This document shows, piece after piece, positions 1 to 8,519 of a stretch of 33,270 nt of DNA; position 1 is the stretch's first letter, and each line of letters starts with the position of its first letter. The notes beneath the pieces were generated by a model. It made no database searches. It had not been told where the DNA came from and saw nothing but the letters and a program-made list of their open reading frames with translations. The DNA lies in assembly GCA_016196375.1 (NCBI GenBank), contig JACPXU010000009.1, positions 1 through 33,270 on the forward strand. The letters run 5' to 3'. This stretch comes from Candidatus Omnitrophota bacterium (GTDB taxonomy: Bacteria; Omnitrophota; Gorgyraeia; 1-14-0-20-64-10). The position numbers were made by a program, and so were the translations under genes.

Positions 1-36
1 GGGCTAAAATCTACCCACACCAAACGGAGAAGACCC
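1..36. mobile_element. Probable outer terminus (terminal inverted repeat) of an ISL3-like insertion sequence whose body lies left of the window
   Basis: nt 5-36 (TAAAATCTACCCACACCAAACGGAGAAGACCC) resemble, in inverted orientation, the sequence just past the transposase stop at the right edge (reverse complement of about 33129-33163: TAAAATTCACCCACACTAAAGTCGGATGATCCC). About three quarters of positions match by eye, with small gaps. The GNAT frame loses family similarity and stops inside this stretch. Only ~36 nt are visible, so the call is tentative. Confidence 0.35.
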
Positions 37-421
37 TCTTTTCCAATGTATAGATCAGGAAGCCGTAAATGCGTTTCTCTCCAACAGCCGCTGTCGGATT
101 CTCCGCCACCATTCCGATTGTGTCACGCCGTCTTAAAAAGCGAAGAAGGTCCTCCTCGGTCCAAGGCGCCGGGAAGGAGGCCTGCTCGATCTGAAGAACC
201 TCCGGATAGTCCCGTCTTATTAGCCAGTCGATATGGACCTTGAGCGGCTCCTCGAGTCCCGCGGCTTCGGCTGAAGGAGGCCTCACCACCGGCCGCAGGC
301 CGGCGGCAAGCTCTTGCGGGGCGGACTCCGCCTGCTCCTGCGGGCGCAGCGCCAAGGCAGGGCCCGGCGCCAGGAGAGAGAAGATCATTACGAAGGAGAC
401 AACCTGTTGAAGTGACCGCAT
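11..421 (-). pseudogene. GNAT (RimI-like) N-acetyltransferase, 3'-truncated, with a signal-peptide-like N-terminal extension
   Basis: The ORF-track protein shows the GNAT/RimI N-terminal signature (DYPEVLQIEQASFPAPWTEEDLLRFL...TIGMVAE...IYGFLIY). It ends only ~70 aa into the fold, before the acetyl-CoA-binding loop expected in the family. The last ~7 codons and the TAG stop (11-13) lie in the IS-like terminus. An SD-like GAGGAA precedes ATG 421. Confidence 0.55.
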
Positions 422-474
422 CGGTTTCCTCTTACAAAAAGTATACCTGATGATGGAAGAAAAAAATGCGGAAC

Positions 475-537
475 GGTGCCAGGATTAATCCTGGCACCGG
501 GCTGCCGATGGGGTCTGACCCCGCGGGGTCAGACCCC
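475..537. repeat. Twin-palindrome module: a 24-nt perfect palindrome (475-498) plus a 28-nt perfect palindrome (510-537); likely terminator hairpins downstream of gmhA
   Basis: GGTGCCAGGATTAATCCTGGCACC and GGGGTCTGACCCCGCGGGGTCAGACCCC are each their own reverse complement. The module starts 1 nt after the gmhA stop. On the minus strand a T7 run follows 8 nt after the second hairpin. The same two-part module recurs at 32050-32117. Confidence 0.85.
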
Positions 538-538
538 G

Positions 539-1141
539 TCAGCCGGAGAAATGGGATTCGACGAGCTCGCAAAGGATGTGGCCGATGGTGATGTGGGACT
601 CCTGGATCCGCTGGGTGGAGTCGGAGGGGATCGTGATGGCGAGGTCCGCCATGCGGCCCAAGGGGCCGCCGTCCCGGCCGGTCAGGGCGACAGTCTTGAG
701 GCCCCTTTCGTGGGCCGCCTGGATGGCGGCCAGGACATTGGGGGAATGGCCGCTCGTTGAGATCCCGACCGCCACGTCGCCGGCCTGCCCCAGCGCCTCG
801 ACCTGCCTCGCGAAGATGGTGTCGTACCCGAAGTCGTTGGCCAGGGCGGTCAGGTTGGAGGTGTCGGTGGTCAGGGCGATGGCGGCCAAGGCCCGGCGCT
901 TGACGATGAGCTTGCCCACCAGCTCCGCGGCGATGTGCTGGCTGTCGGCCGCCGAGCCGCCGTTTCCGAAGAGGAGGATCTTGTGCCCTCCCTCCAGGGC
1001 ATCAATGAGCAGGCGGGCGGCCCGTTCAATGGCGGGGACCAGCTTCTCCAGGACCCGCTCCTTGGTCCGGATGCTGTCGGTGAGGCGCTCCCGGATCTCC
1101 CGATCAAACCCCTTAGCCGAAGAAGATCTTGGCGATCTCAT
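539..1141 (-). CDS. gmhA: D-sedoheptulose-7-phosphate isomerase (SIS domain, GmhA/DiaA family)
   Basis: SIS motifs are present: LLFGNGGSAADSQHIAAE, GISTSGHSPNV, TGRDGG. ATG 1141 overlaps the pfk 3' end by 29 nt, so the start is not certain. Confidence 0.85.
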   Translation of the reverse strand: MRSPRSSSAKGFDREIRERLTDSIRTKERVLEKLVPAIERAARLLIDALEGGHKILLFGNGGSAADSQHIAAELVGKLIVKRRALAAIALTTDTSNLTALANDFGYDTIFARQVEALGQAGDVAVGISTSGHSPNVLAAIQAAHERGLKTVALTGRDGGPLGRMADLAITIPSDSTQRIQESHITIGHILCELVESHFSG

Positions 1142-2156
1142 AGAGATCCATCTCCACCGTTTTGAGCTGCTTGACCGCCGACTCGATCGGGACCGCCACG
1201 ATGGCGTTCCCCTTCAAGCTCACCATCTTGCCGAACTCCCCGTTTGAGATCAGCTCCACCGCCTTCACGCCGAAGCGGGTGCCGAGCACCCGGTCGAGGG
1301 CGGTGGGTGAGCCGCCCCGCTGGACGTGGCCCAGCACCGTCACCCGGGTCTCGAAGCCGGTCTTCTTCTCGATCAAGGTTCCCAGGGTCTCGCCGATCCC
1401 GCCCAAGCGGACATGGCCGAACTCATCCAGCTTCCGGTCCTGGGTGACCGCCTGCCCCGTGGCGAACTGGGCCCCCTCCGCCACGACGATGATGGAGAAG
1501 GTCTTCCCCCTGGCGTGGCGATTCTGAACGGCGGCGCAGATCTCCTCGAGGTCGATCGGGATCTCCGGGATCAGGATGAAATCGGCGCCGCCGGCGATCC
1601 CGGCGTGGACGGCGATCCAGCCGGCGTGGCGGCCCATCACCTCCACCACCATGATCCGCTGATGGCTCTCGGCGGTGGTGTGGAGCCGGTCGATCGATTC
1701 CATGGCGGTGTTGACGGCGGTGTCGAAACCGAAGGTGTAGTCGGTCTCGGAGAGGTCGTTGTCGATCGTCTTGGGGACCCCGACCAGCTTGATCCCCTCC
1801 TTGAACAGCTTGTGGGCGACTCCGAGGGTGTCCTCACCGCCGATGACGACGAGGGCGTCCAGCCTGAGGCTCTGGATGTTGGCCTTCAGGGAAGCGAGAT
1901 GGTTGGGATCCTTGTACGGGTTGGTCCGGGAGGTGCCGAGGATCGTTCCCCCCTTGGGGAGGATCCCGGAGACCGACTGGAAATCCAAGGGGATCGTCTC
2001 ATTCTCCACCAACCCCTTCCAGCCGTTCTTGATCCCGATGACCTCCAGCCCAAGGCTGTACGATTTCCGGACGATCGCCCGGATCACCGGGTTGAGGCCG
2101 GGGCAGTCCCCGCCGCCGGTCAGGACGCCGATCTTCTTCAAAGGGCCGGCCCCCAC
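1113..2156 (-). CDS. pfkA: 6-phosphofructokinase (PfkA family); phosphoryl donor (ATP or PPi) ambiguous
   Basis: Family motifs: KKIGVLTGGGDCPGLN, IGGEDTLGVA, VGVPKTIDNDL, MGRHAGW. Asp in GGED and Lys in PKTIDND are the residue types associated with PPi-type enzymes, but some ATP enzymes share them. The track start is GTG 2156. An internal TTG at 2141 would give the classical MKKIGVL N-terminus. Confidence 0.9.
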   Translation of the reverse strand: MGAGPLKKIGVLTGGGDCPGLNPVIRAIVRKSYSLGLEVIGIKNGWKGLVENETIPLDFQSVSGILPKGGTILGTSRTNPYKDPNHLASLKANIQSLRLDALVVIGGEDTLGVAHKLFKEGIKLVGVPKTIDNDLSETDYTFGFDTAVNTAMESIDRLHTTAESHQRIMVVEVMGRHAGWIAVHAGIAGGADFILIPEIPIDLEEICAAVQNRHARGKTFSIIVVAEGAQFATGQAVTQDRKLDEFGHVRLGGIGETLGTLIEKKTGFETRVTVLGHVQRGGSPTALDRVLGTRFGVKAVELISNGEFGKMVSLKGNAIVAVPIESAVKQLKTVEMDLYEIAKIFFG

Positions 2157-2159
2157 CGG

Positions 2160-2759
2160 TCAAAACCCACGGAAGGGGGTGGTGGTGATCTTATCCTCCC
2201 GGCGGCCGGGGCCGCTGGGCGCCTCCTCCCGGGAGGCGATCTTGGCCACGTGGACCTTGACCAAGACCGGCTCCTCGATCCCGGAGAGCATCTCCTGGAC
2301 CCTGGACTTCACCAGCCCCTGGATCCGCTCCGTCACCTCCGGGATGTGGGCCTCGGACCAGAGGGTGACCCGGGCCCGGACCAGGATCCGGCCCTTCTTG
2401 GCCACCACATCGGAGCGGAGATCCTTCACCTCCGGCAGCTCCCGGGTGGAGCGCCGGATGAAATCCTCGATCGCCGAGAGGGAGACGGTGACCTGCCCGT
2501 CCGGGTTCTCGAAGGCGATCGTCTTCTGCTGCTGGAGCTTGGCGAGGGTGAGCTGGGCGATCATCCAGTTGAGGAGGATGAGCCCGGTCCCCGTCAGGAA
2601 ACAGGCGAGCCGGAGGTTCTTCTCCGTGTAGGCCTTCTGAAGCCAGAAAACCGCCCCCTCGATGGAAATCCCCTGGAGGGAGAAGATCACCAGCCCCGCT
2701 CCCATCAGGACGAAGAGGATCATGTAGCAGCTCATGATGATCCAGGTAAAGACCTTCAC
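2160..2759 (-). CDS. amaP: Alkaline-shock-response membrane anchor protein (AmaP-like)
   Basis: It has two N-terminal TM segments followed by a soluble domain. It lies immediately downstream of an Asp23-family gene with a GTGA start/stop overlap (2756-2759), which is the typical asp23-amaP pairing. Confidence 0.65.
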   Translation of the reverse strand: MKVFTWIIMSCYMILFVLMGAGLVIFSLQGISIEGAVFWLQKAYTEKNLRLACFLTGTGLILLNWMIAQLTLAKLQQQKTIAFENPDGQVTVSLSAIEDFIRRSTRELPEVKDLRSDVVAKKGRILVRARVTLWSEAHIPEVTERIQGLVKSRVQEMLSGIEEPVLVKVHVAKIASREEAPSGPGRREDKITTTPFRGF

Positions 2760-3106
2760 TTCAGATCCCCCCTTGTTTGAACGTGATGAATGCCGACGTT
2801 GATCTCGACGGCGTTTAAGTGGGTCATCCGCTCCAGGACCTCCCGCACCCGGTCCTGGACCTGGGCCGCCAGATGGGGGAGGCTCACCTCATACTCCGCG
2901 ACCAGATTCAGCCAGAGGCGGACCTCCTGATCCTTCGTCTCGACCCGGACGCCCCGGGTGCCGAGCCCGCAGAGCCCCGACAAGAAGGGCAGCGGCCCCC
3001 GCCAGATGTCGACGACGCCGGGGACCTCCCGGGCCGCCAGGGCGGCGACCGAGGCGATCACTTCGTTGCGGATGACGACGGCTCCCAGATCGGTCTTCGG
3101 CGACAT
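2756..3106 (-). CDS. Asp23/Gls24 family envelope stress response protein
   Basis: The N-terminal pattern IRNEVIASVAALAAREVPGVV, the ~116 aa size, and the EVxxxVxxxV-type repeats are typical of the Asp23 family. Confidence 0.8.
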   Translation of the reverse strand: MSPKTDLGAVVIRNEVIASVAALAAREVPGVVDIWRGPLPFLSGLCGLGTRGVRVETKDQEVRLWLNLVAEYEVSLPHLAAQVQDRVREVLERMTHLNAVEINVGIHHVQTRGDLK

Positions 3107-3119
3107 CAGCGGCTCATCC

Positions 3120-4495
3120 TCATCCGGTCCCGGTCAGCTCGCCGGCCTCTTTTCGGACCCCGTAGAGGCGCTCCACGAAATCGGTCGAGTACCTCCCGGC
3201 CACAAAGGAGGGGTCGTTGAGCACCGTCCGGTGGAACGGGATCGTCGTCTTGATCGGGGCGACCACCATTTCCTCCAGGGCCCGCCGCATCACCTGGATC
3301 GCCTCCCGGCGGTCGCGCCCGCGGGCGATCACCTTGGCCAGGAGGGAATCGTAGTGGGGCGGGACCTTGTAGCCGGCGTAGAGATGGCTGTCGATCCGGA
3401 TGCCCGGCCCCCCCGGCGGGTGATACTGGACGACCTCCCCGGGGCACGGCATGAAATCCTGGTCCGGGTCCTCGGCGTTGATCCGGCACTCGATGGCGTG
3501 GCCGCTCCAGCGGACATCATCCTGGCCGAAGGAGAGGCGCTCCCCGGCGGCGATCCGGATCTGCTCCTTGATCAGGTCGATCCCGGTCACCGCCTCGGTC
3601 ACCGGGTGCTCCACCTGAACCCGCGTGTTCATCTCCATGAAGTAGAAGCTCCCCTCCCGATCCATCAGGAACTCGATCGTGCCGAGCGAGGTGTAATCGA
3701 CCGCCTTGGCCCCCCGGACGGCGATCTCCCCCATCCGCTTGCGGACCTTCCCGTCCACCGCCGGGGAGGGAGACTCCTCCAGCAGCTTCTGGTGCCGCCG
3801 CTGGATGGAGCAGTCCCGCTCCCCGAGGCTGACGACATGGCCGTGGGAGTCGGCGGCGATCTGGATCTCAACGTGGCGGGGGTTCTCGATGTACCGCTCG
3901 ATGTAGACGTCCGGCACCCCGAAGGCCGCCTCCGCCTCCGCCTGGGCCGTCATGAAGGCGCTGATCAGGCGGACGTCGTTGTGGGCCACCCGCATCCCCT
4001 TGCCGCCGCCGCCGGCCGCCGCCTTGATGATCACCGGATAGCGGACCTGCTTGGCGACCCGCATCGCCTCCTCCTTGGTGGAGACCGCCGAGAGGGAGCC
4101 GGGGATGAGCGGCACGCCGGCCTTGCCCATCACCTTCTTCGCCTCGATCTTGTCCCCCATCCGCCGGATTGCCTCCGGACCGGGCCCGATGAAGACGATC
4201 TTGCAGGATTCGCAGATCTCCGCGAAATGGGCGTTCTCGGCGAGGAAGCCGTACCCGGGGTGGATCGCCTCCACGTCGGTGATCTCCGCCGCGCTGATCA
4301 AGGCGGGGACGTTCCGGTAGCTGGAGGCGGAGGGGGCCCCGCCGATGCAGACCGTCTCATCCGCCATGCGGACATGCATCGAATCGGCGTCGGCCTCGGA
4401 ATAGACCGCCACGGTCCGGATCCCCATCTCCTTGCAGGCCCGGATGACCCGAACGGCGATCTCCCCCCGGTTGGCGATCAGGATCTTGGAGAACA

Positions 4496-4496
<1 letters not shown>
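3120..4496 (-). CDS. accC: Acetyl-CoA carboxylase biotin carboxylase subunit
   Basis: The protein starts [26 protein letters not shown] and carries GGGGKGMR and [14 protein letters not shown]. The track ORF extends 44 codons upstream over accB. The true ATG at 4496 overlaps the accB stop as TAATG. Confidence 0.97.
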
Positions 4497-4954
<458 letters not shown>

Positions 4955-5515
4955 TTAGAGCCCCCGCCCCGCGTATTCGCCGGTTCGCGTGTCCACCTTG
5001 ATCTGCTCCCCCGGCTCGACAAAGAGAGGAACCTGAATCTTGAAGCCGGTCTCCAGGATCGCCGGCTTCATGGAGGCCTTCGAGGTGTCCCCCCGAAGGC
5101 CCGGATCCGATTCCACCACCTTGATGGTGACGGTGGTCGGAAGCTCCAGGCCGATCAGCCGGCTCTCGTAGAACTCCCCCTTCACCTCCAGGTTCTCCGT
5201 CAGGTACCGGACCGCCTCCGCCAGCTCGGAGGCCTGGAAGAAACGGTCCTCGTAGGTCTCCAGATCCATGAAGTGGTAGCTGTCGCCGGCCCGGTACTGG
5301 AACTGGAGGGCCCGCTTCTCGATGAAGGCGTCCTGGAACTTCTCCCCCGCGTCGAAGGTCTTGCTGAGGACGGCCCCGTTCTTGATCGACTTGAGCTTCG
5401 TCCGGACGAAGGCGGAACCCTTGCCCGGTTTCACGTGCTGGAACTCGACGAGGAGATACAGCTCCCCATCGAGAAGAAGGGCCATCCCTGCCTTGAACTG
5501 GTTGGTGGAGATCAT
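4955..5515 (-). CDS. efp: Translation elongation factor P
   Basis: It carries FQHVKPGKGSAFVRTKLK with the modifiable Lys loop, is 186 aa long, and sits in the efp-accBC arrangement. Confidence 0.97.
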   Translation of the reverse strand: MISTNQFKAGMALLLDGELYLLVEFQHVKPGKGSAFVRTKLKSIKNGAVLSKTFDAGEKFQDAFIEKRALQFQYRAGDSYHFMDLETYEDRFFQASELAEAVRYLTENLEVKGEFYESRLIGLELPTTVTIKVVESDPGLRGDTSKASMKPAILETGFKIQVPLFVEPGEQIKVDTRTGEYAGRGL

Positions 5516-5527
5516 GAAACGGACATT

Positions 5528-5977
5528 TTAACGTTTCGAGGGACGGGCCGTCAACCCTGCCAGCGCCTGCAGGCCGAGGCCGTAGCTGGCCGCCCCGAAT
5601 CCGGTGATCTGCCCCGCCACCACCGGGGCCATCAGGGAGCTGTGGCGGAACGGCTCCCGGGCGTAGATGTTGCTCAGGTGGACCTCGACGGCCGGCACCC
5701 CGGCCGCCTCCAGGGCGTCCCGGATCGCCACCGAGGTGTGGGTGTAGGCGGCGGGATTGATCAGGATGCCTGCGTAGCGGCCCCTCGCCTTCCCGATCGC
5801 CTCGACGATCTCCCCCTCATGGTTGGATTGAAGGAGATCGAGCTCCATCCTCAGCCTCTTGGCCTCGGCGGCGAGGCCCCGGTTGATGTCGGCGAGGGTC
5901 CCCTTGCCGTAGACGGCCGGGTCGCGCTTCCCCAACAGCTGAAGATTCGGCCCATGGATGACCAGTATCTTCTTCAT
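5528..5977 (-). CDS. aroQ: Type II 3-dehydroquinate dehydratase
   Basis: The protein starts [24 protein letters not shown] and carries [15 protein letters not shown]. The upstream 79 codons of the track ORF are an Arg/Gly/Pro-rich artefact overlapping the trm112-like gene. Confidence 0.95.
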   Translation of the reverse strand: MKKILVIHGPNLQLLGKRDPAVYGKGTLADINRGLAAEAKRLRMELDLLQSNHEGEIVEAIGKARGRYAGILINPAAYTHTSVAIRDALEAAGVPAVEVHLSNIYAREPFRHSSLMAPVVAGQITGFGAASYGLGLQALAGLTARPSKR

Positions 5978-6153
5978 CACCCGTTCTTCTTCGGCCTCTC
6001 CGCCTCCTCGACCAGCATCACCGGTATCCCTTCCCGGATCGGATACCTCAGGCCGCAGCCTGAGTGGGTGCAGGCGATCCGTTCCCCTTCCAGGGTGACG
6101 GGGGCCTTGCAGGCCGGGCAGGCCAAGATCTCGAGCAGCTCCTTGTCGATCAA
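5977..6153 (-). CDS. Trm112/YcaR (UPF0434) family small zinc-ribbon-like protein (58 aa; below the ORF-track size cutoff)
   Basis: My own translation is (TTG)[57 protein letters not shown]. It matches the family pattern [12 protein letters not shown]...YPIrdGIPvmL. GGAGGAGGG lies 6-7 nt upstream of the TTG. The TTG overlaps the rmuC stop, and the TGA overlaps the aroQ ATG. Confidence 0.8.
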   Translation of the reverse strand: MIDKELLEILACPACKAPVTLEGERIACTHSGCGLRYPIREGIPVMLVEEAERPKKNG

Positions 6154-7247
6154 TGGGATCCCTCCTCCTTGACGGTTTCTCTATCCAGCGCCGGCGAAGC
6201 TCCGGGCGATTCAATCACCTCGAGCCGATCCCCGAAACGGGTCAACCCCCGCTGGGCCTTCTCAAAGTTGGTGAGGGCGTTCCTCACCTGCTTTCCGGCC
6301 AGGTCGAAATCCTCCCGGACGCCGGAGAACTCCCTCCGGAGGCGGTCCAGCGCGGAGAGGATCTCCTTGGCCTTCTGCTCCACGGTGAGGCCCCGCAGCC
6401 CCTGGAGGATCACCTGGAGGTAGGCGTAGAAGCTGTTCGGCGAGACCGGGATCACCTGCCGGCGGATCGCGTGCTGGAAGAGGCCCTTCTCATCGGCGAT
6501 CCCCTCCTCCTTGATGATCGTCTCGTAGTAGACGTTCTCCGCCGGGATGTACATCAGGGCGAACTCAAAGGTCCCCTCCGCGGGACGGATGTACTTCTCG
6601 GAGATGGCGTCGATGTGCTGCTTGACGTCCCGGACCAGCCCCTTGCGCCACTCCCCCTTCTCCTCCTCGGTCACCGCCTGCCCCATCCTGCGGAACTGCT
6701 CCAGGGGAAACTTGGAGTCCACCGGGACCAGCCGGTTCCCCACCCGGATCACCGCGTCCACCCGCTCGCCGCTGGCGAACTCGTACTGGATGGAATAGAA
6801 ATCGCTCCCCTGCGGCATGATCTGGGCGAGGAGATCGGCGAGGAAGAATTCCCCCAGGCCGCCGCGCATCTTGGGGGCCCGAAGCAGCTCCTGGAGGGAG
6901 GCGACGTTGCGGCCGACCTCCTCCACCTTCCGGGTCGCCTCCTGGAGCCGGCCCAGCTCCTGGGTCACCTTGGAGAAGGTATCGTTGGCCTGCTGCAGCT
7001 TCTGGCTGACCGACCGCTCGGTGGTCTGGACCTGGCCCTGGACCTGCTGCCAGATCCGGGCGATCTCCTCTGAGAGCCGCTTGGACCACTCCTCCTTCAA
7101 GAGGCCCAGCTTCGCCTCCTCCTTCTTCTCCAGGGTCTCCTGCATCTCCGGCGGCAAGGGGGAACCGACGAGGCGCCAGAGCCTCCAGAGAACGCCTAGG
7201 ATCGTCCCCAGAAGCAGAAGGATGAGGAAGCTAACGAACAGGGTCAT
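6150..7247 (-). CDS. rmuC: DNA recombination protein RmuC
   Basis: It has an N-terminal TM segment, a coiled-coil region, and the RmuC nuclease-like core ([37 protein letters not shown]). Confidence 0.9.
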   Translation of the reverse strand: MTLFVSFLILLLLGTILGVLWRLWRLVGSPLPPEMQETLEKKEEAKLGLLKEEWSKRLSEEIARIWQQVQGQVQTTERSVSQKLQQANDTFSKVTQELGRLQEATRKVEEVGRNVASLQELLRAPKMRGGLGEFFLADLLAQIMPQGSDFYSIQYEFASGERVDAVIRVGNRLVPVDSKFPLEQFRRMGQAVTEEEKGEWRKGLVRDVKQHIDAISEKYIRPAEGTFEFALMYIPAENVYYETIIKEEGIADEKGLFQHAIRRQVIPVSPNSFYAYLQVILQGLRGLTVEQKAKEILSALDRLRREFSGVREDFDLAGKQVRNALTNFEKAQRGLTRFGDRLEVIESPGASPALDRETVKEEGSH

Positions 7248-7620
7248 TGGATCCCTGTGACTTGGCCACGTATTTCATCCGAAGCTCGTAGAGAACCCCA
7301 TCCAGCAAAGAGGCCTCCTCCCCGGTCAGGTTTCCCTTCGTCTTCTCCTTCAGCATCCCCAGGATATCGATCAAGGTGCGGGCCTGCTCAAGATCCTCAT
7401 GGCGCTGGTTGGTGACCGGATGGGGAAGCTCCCCCAGCGCCGTCATCGCCTGCATGGAGAGTGAGGAGAGGAAGAAGCGGAGGTCGGCCTGCTCCCCGGG
7501 GGAGGCGGAGGCCTTCTCCTCGGCCGGGGCCGTCTCGGAGCGGAGGACCCGCTCCTTCTCCACCTGGGCCTTCCATGCTTCATCAACCTTCTTCTGAATC
7601 CGCTCAGATCCCTCGCTCAT
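7231..7620 (-). CDS. DUF1844 domain-containing protein
   Basis: It carries FFLSSLSMQAMTALGELPHPVTNQ...DLEQARTLIDILGMLKEKTKGNLTGEE, the characteristic DUF1844 pattern as recalled from memory. Confidence 0.7.
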   Translation of the reverse strand: MSEGSERIQKKVDEAWKAQVEKERVLRSETAPAEEKASASPGEQADLRFFLSSLSMQAMTALGELPHPVTNQRHEDLEQARTLIDILGMLKEKTKGNLTGEEASLLDGVLYELRMKYVAKSQGSNDPVR

Positions 7621-8519
7621 CTCAACAGGATTCCCCCGTAGCCGATCACCGAGTCGCTCTCGCCGGCCTGGCCGGCGCGCGCCTCATATTTTACAAGAAG
7701 AGCCCCGGCGACACCAAGGCTCTTCGCGGCCGCGATCAGGGCCGAGACGGAGGCGGGGCCGCACATGGAGATCTCATGCTCCTTGACCGCCTCCATCAGG
7801 CCGGCCTCATCCAGCGCCAGGATCCGGTCCAGGGCAAGGCGGTCCTTCCTCTGCGCCGCCGCCAGCGGCTCATGGCGGCTGAGATCGGTGGAGGCCACCA
7901 GGAGGACCTCCCCCTCTCGACGGCGGATCGCCTGGGCCAGGGCCTGGCCGATCCGCCGGATCACCGCCATCTCAGTTCCCTCCTCCGCCTCCGCCAAGGC
8001 GATCGGAACAAAGGCCTTGATCCTCCCCAGGCGCTGGAGGAACGGGAGCTGCACCTCGATGGAATGCTCATCCTGGTGGGCGAGGGAGTCCTTCTCCAGC
8101 TCCGGCGCTCCGGCCAGGATCGCCTCCGCCAGCTCCTCGTCGATCGGAAGCTCCCCCAGCGGAGTCACCCAGCTCCCACGGGCCATCACGCTGAAAGGCC
8201 TTCCGGCCCCGGTATGGTTCGGCCCGAGCAGGACGACCGTCGGGGGAAGATCGATCCGGGAGTAGACCTGGCCGGCCACCTCGCCGGAATCGAGAAGGCC
8301 CCCGTGAGGGACGATCGCGGCCATCGCCCGCCGCCGCCTCGCCGACCGCGCCGGGGCGCGTGGCGGCGCATCCGCCAGCGCCGGCCGCCGGGCCGGCACG
8401 GTGACCCGATCGATGAGATCGGTGAGCGGCCGTTTCTCCTCAGGATAAAAGATGCCGGCCACGACCGGCTGGCGCTTATTTCTTTCCGGCGGCTTCGGCC
8501 AGCTCCCCAGAGGCTTCAT
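7617..8519 (-). CDS. amrB: AmmeMemoRadiSam system protein B (MEMO1 family)
   Basis: Family motifs: VAGIFYPEE, AAIVPHGGLLDSGEVA, LLGPNHTG. The track ORF runs 96 codons further upstream over the M16 peptidase gene. ATG 8519 or GTG 8462 are the plausible starts. It contains an in-frame copy of the 41-nt repeat (8348-8388). Confidence 0.8.
   Translation of the reverse strand: MKPLGSWPKPPERNKRQPVVAGIFYPEEKRPLTDLIDRVTVPARRPALADAPPRAPARSARRRRAMAAIVPHGGLLDSGEVAGQVYSRIDLPPTVVLLGPNHTGAGRPFSVMARGSWVTPLGELPIDEELAEAILAGAPELEKDSLAHQDEHSIEVQLPFLQRLGRIKAFVPIALAEAEEGTEMAVIRRIGQALAQAIRRREGEVLLVASTDLSRHEPLAAAQRKDRLALDRILALDEAGLMEAVKEHEISMCGPASVSALIAAAKSLGVAGALLVKYEARAGQAGESDSVIGYGGILLR
8348..8388. repeat. 41-nt GC-rich hairpin-forming repeat, identical to 16163-16203
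   Basis: GCGCCGGGGCGCGTGGCGGCGCATCCGCCAGCGCCGGCCGC occurs identically at both loci. It encodes PALADAPPRAPA in the same frame in both genes. An internal stem forms (GGCGCGTGGCGG / CCGCCAGCGCC, one bulge). Confidence 0.9.

Noticed and set aside
476-760. 94-aa plus-strand ORF starting MPGLILAPGCRWGLTPRGQTP
   Set aside because: Its N-terminus is simply the translation of the twin palindromes, and the rest is antisense to gmhA.
1326-2780. 484-aa plus-strand ORF
   Set aside because: It lies antisense to the clearly recognisable pfk and amaP genes. Its composition is Gly/Asp/Pro/Leu/Arg-rich and low in complexity, typical of shadow ORFs in high-GC DNA. It has no recognisable motifs.
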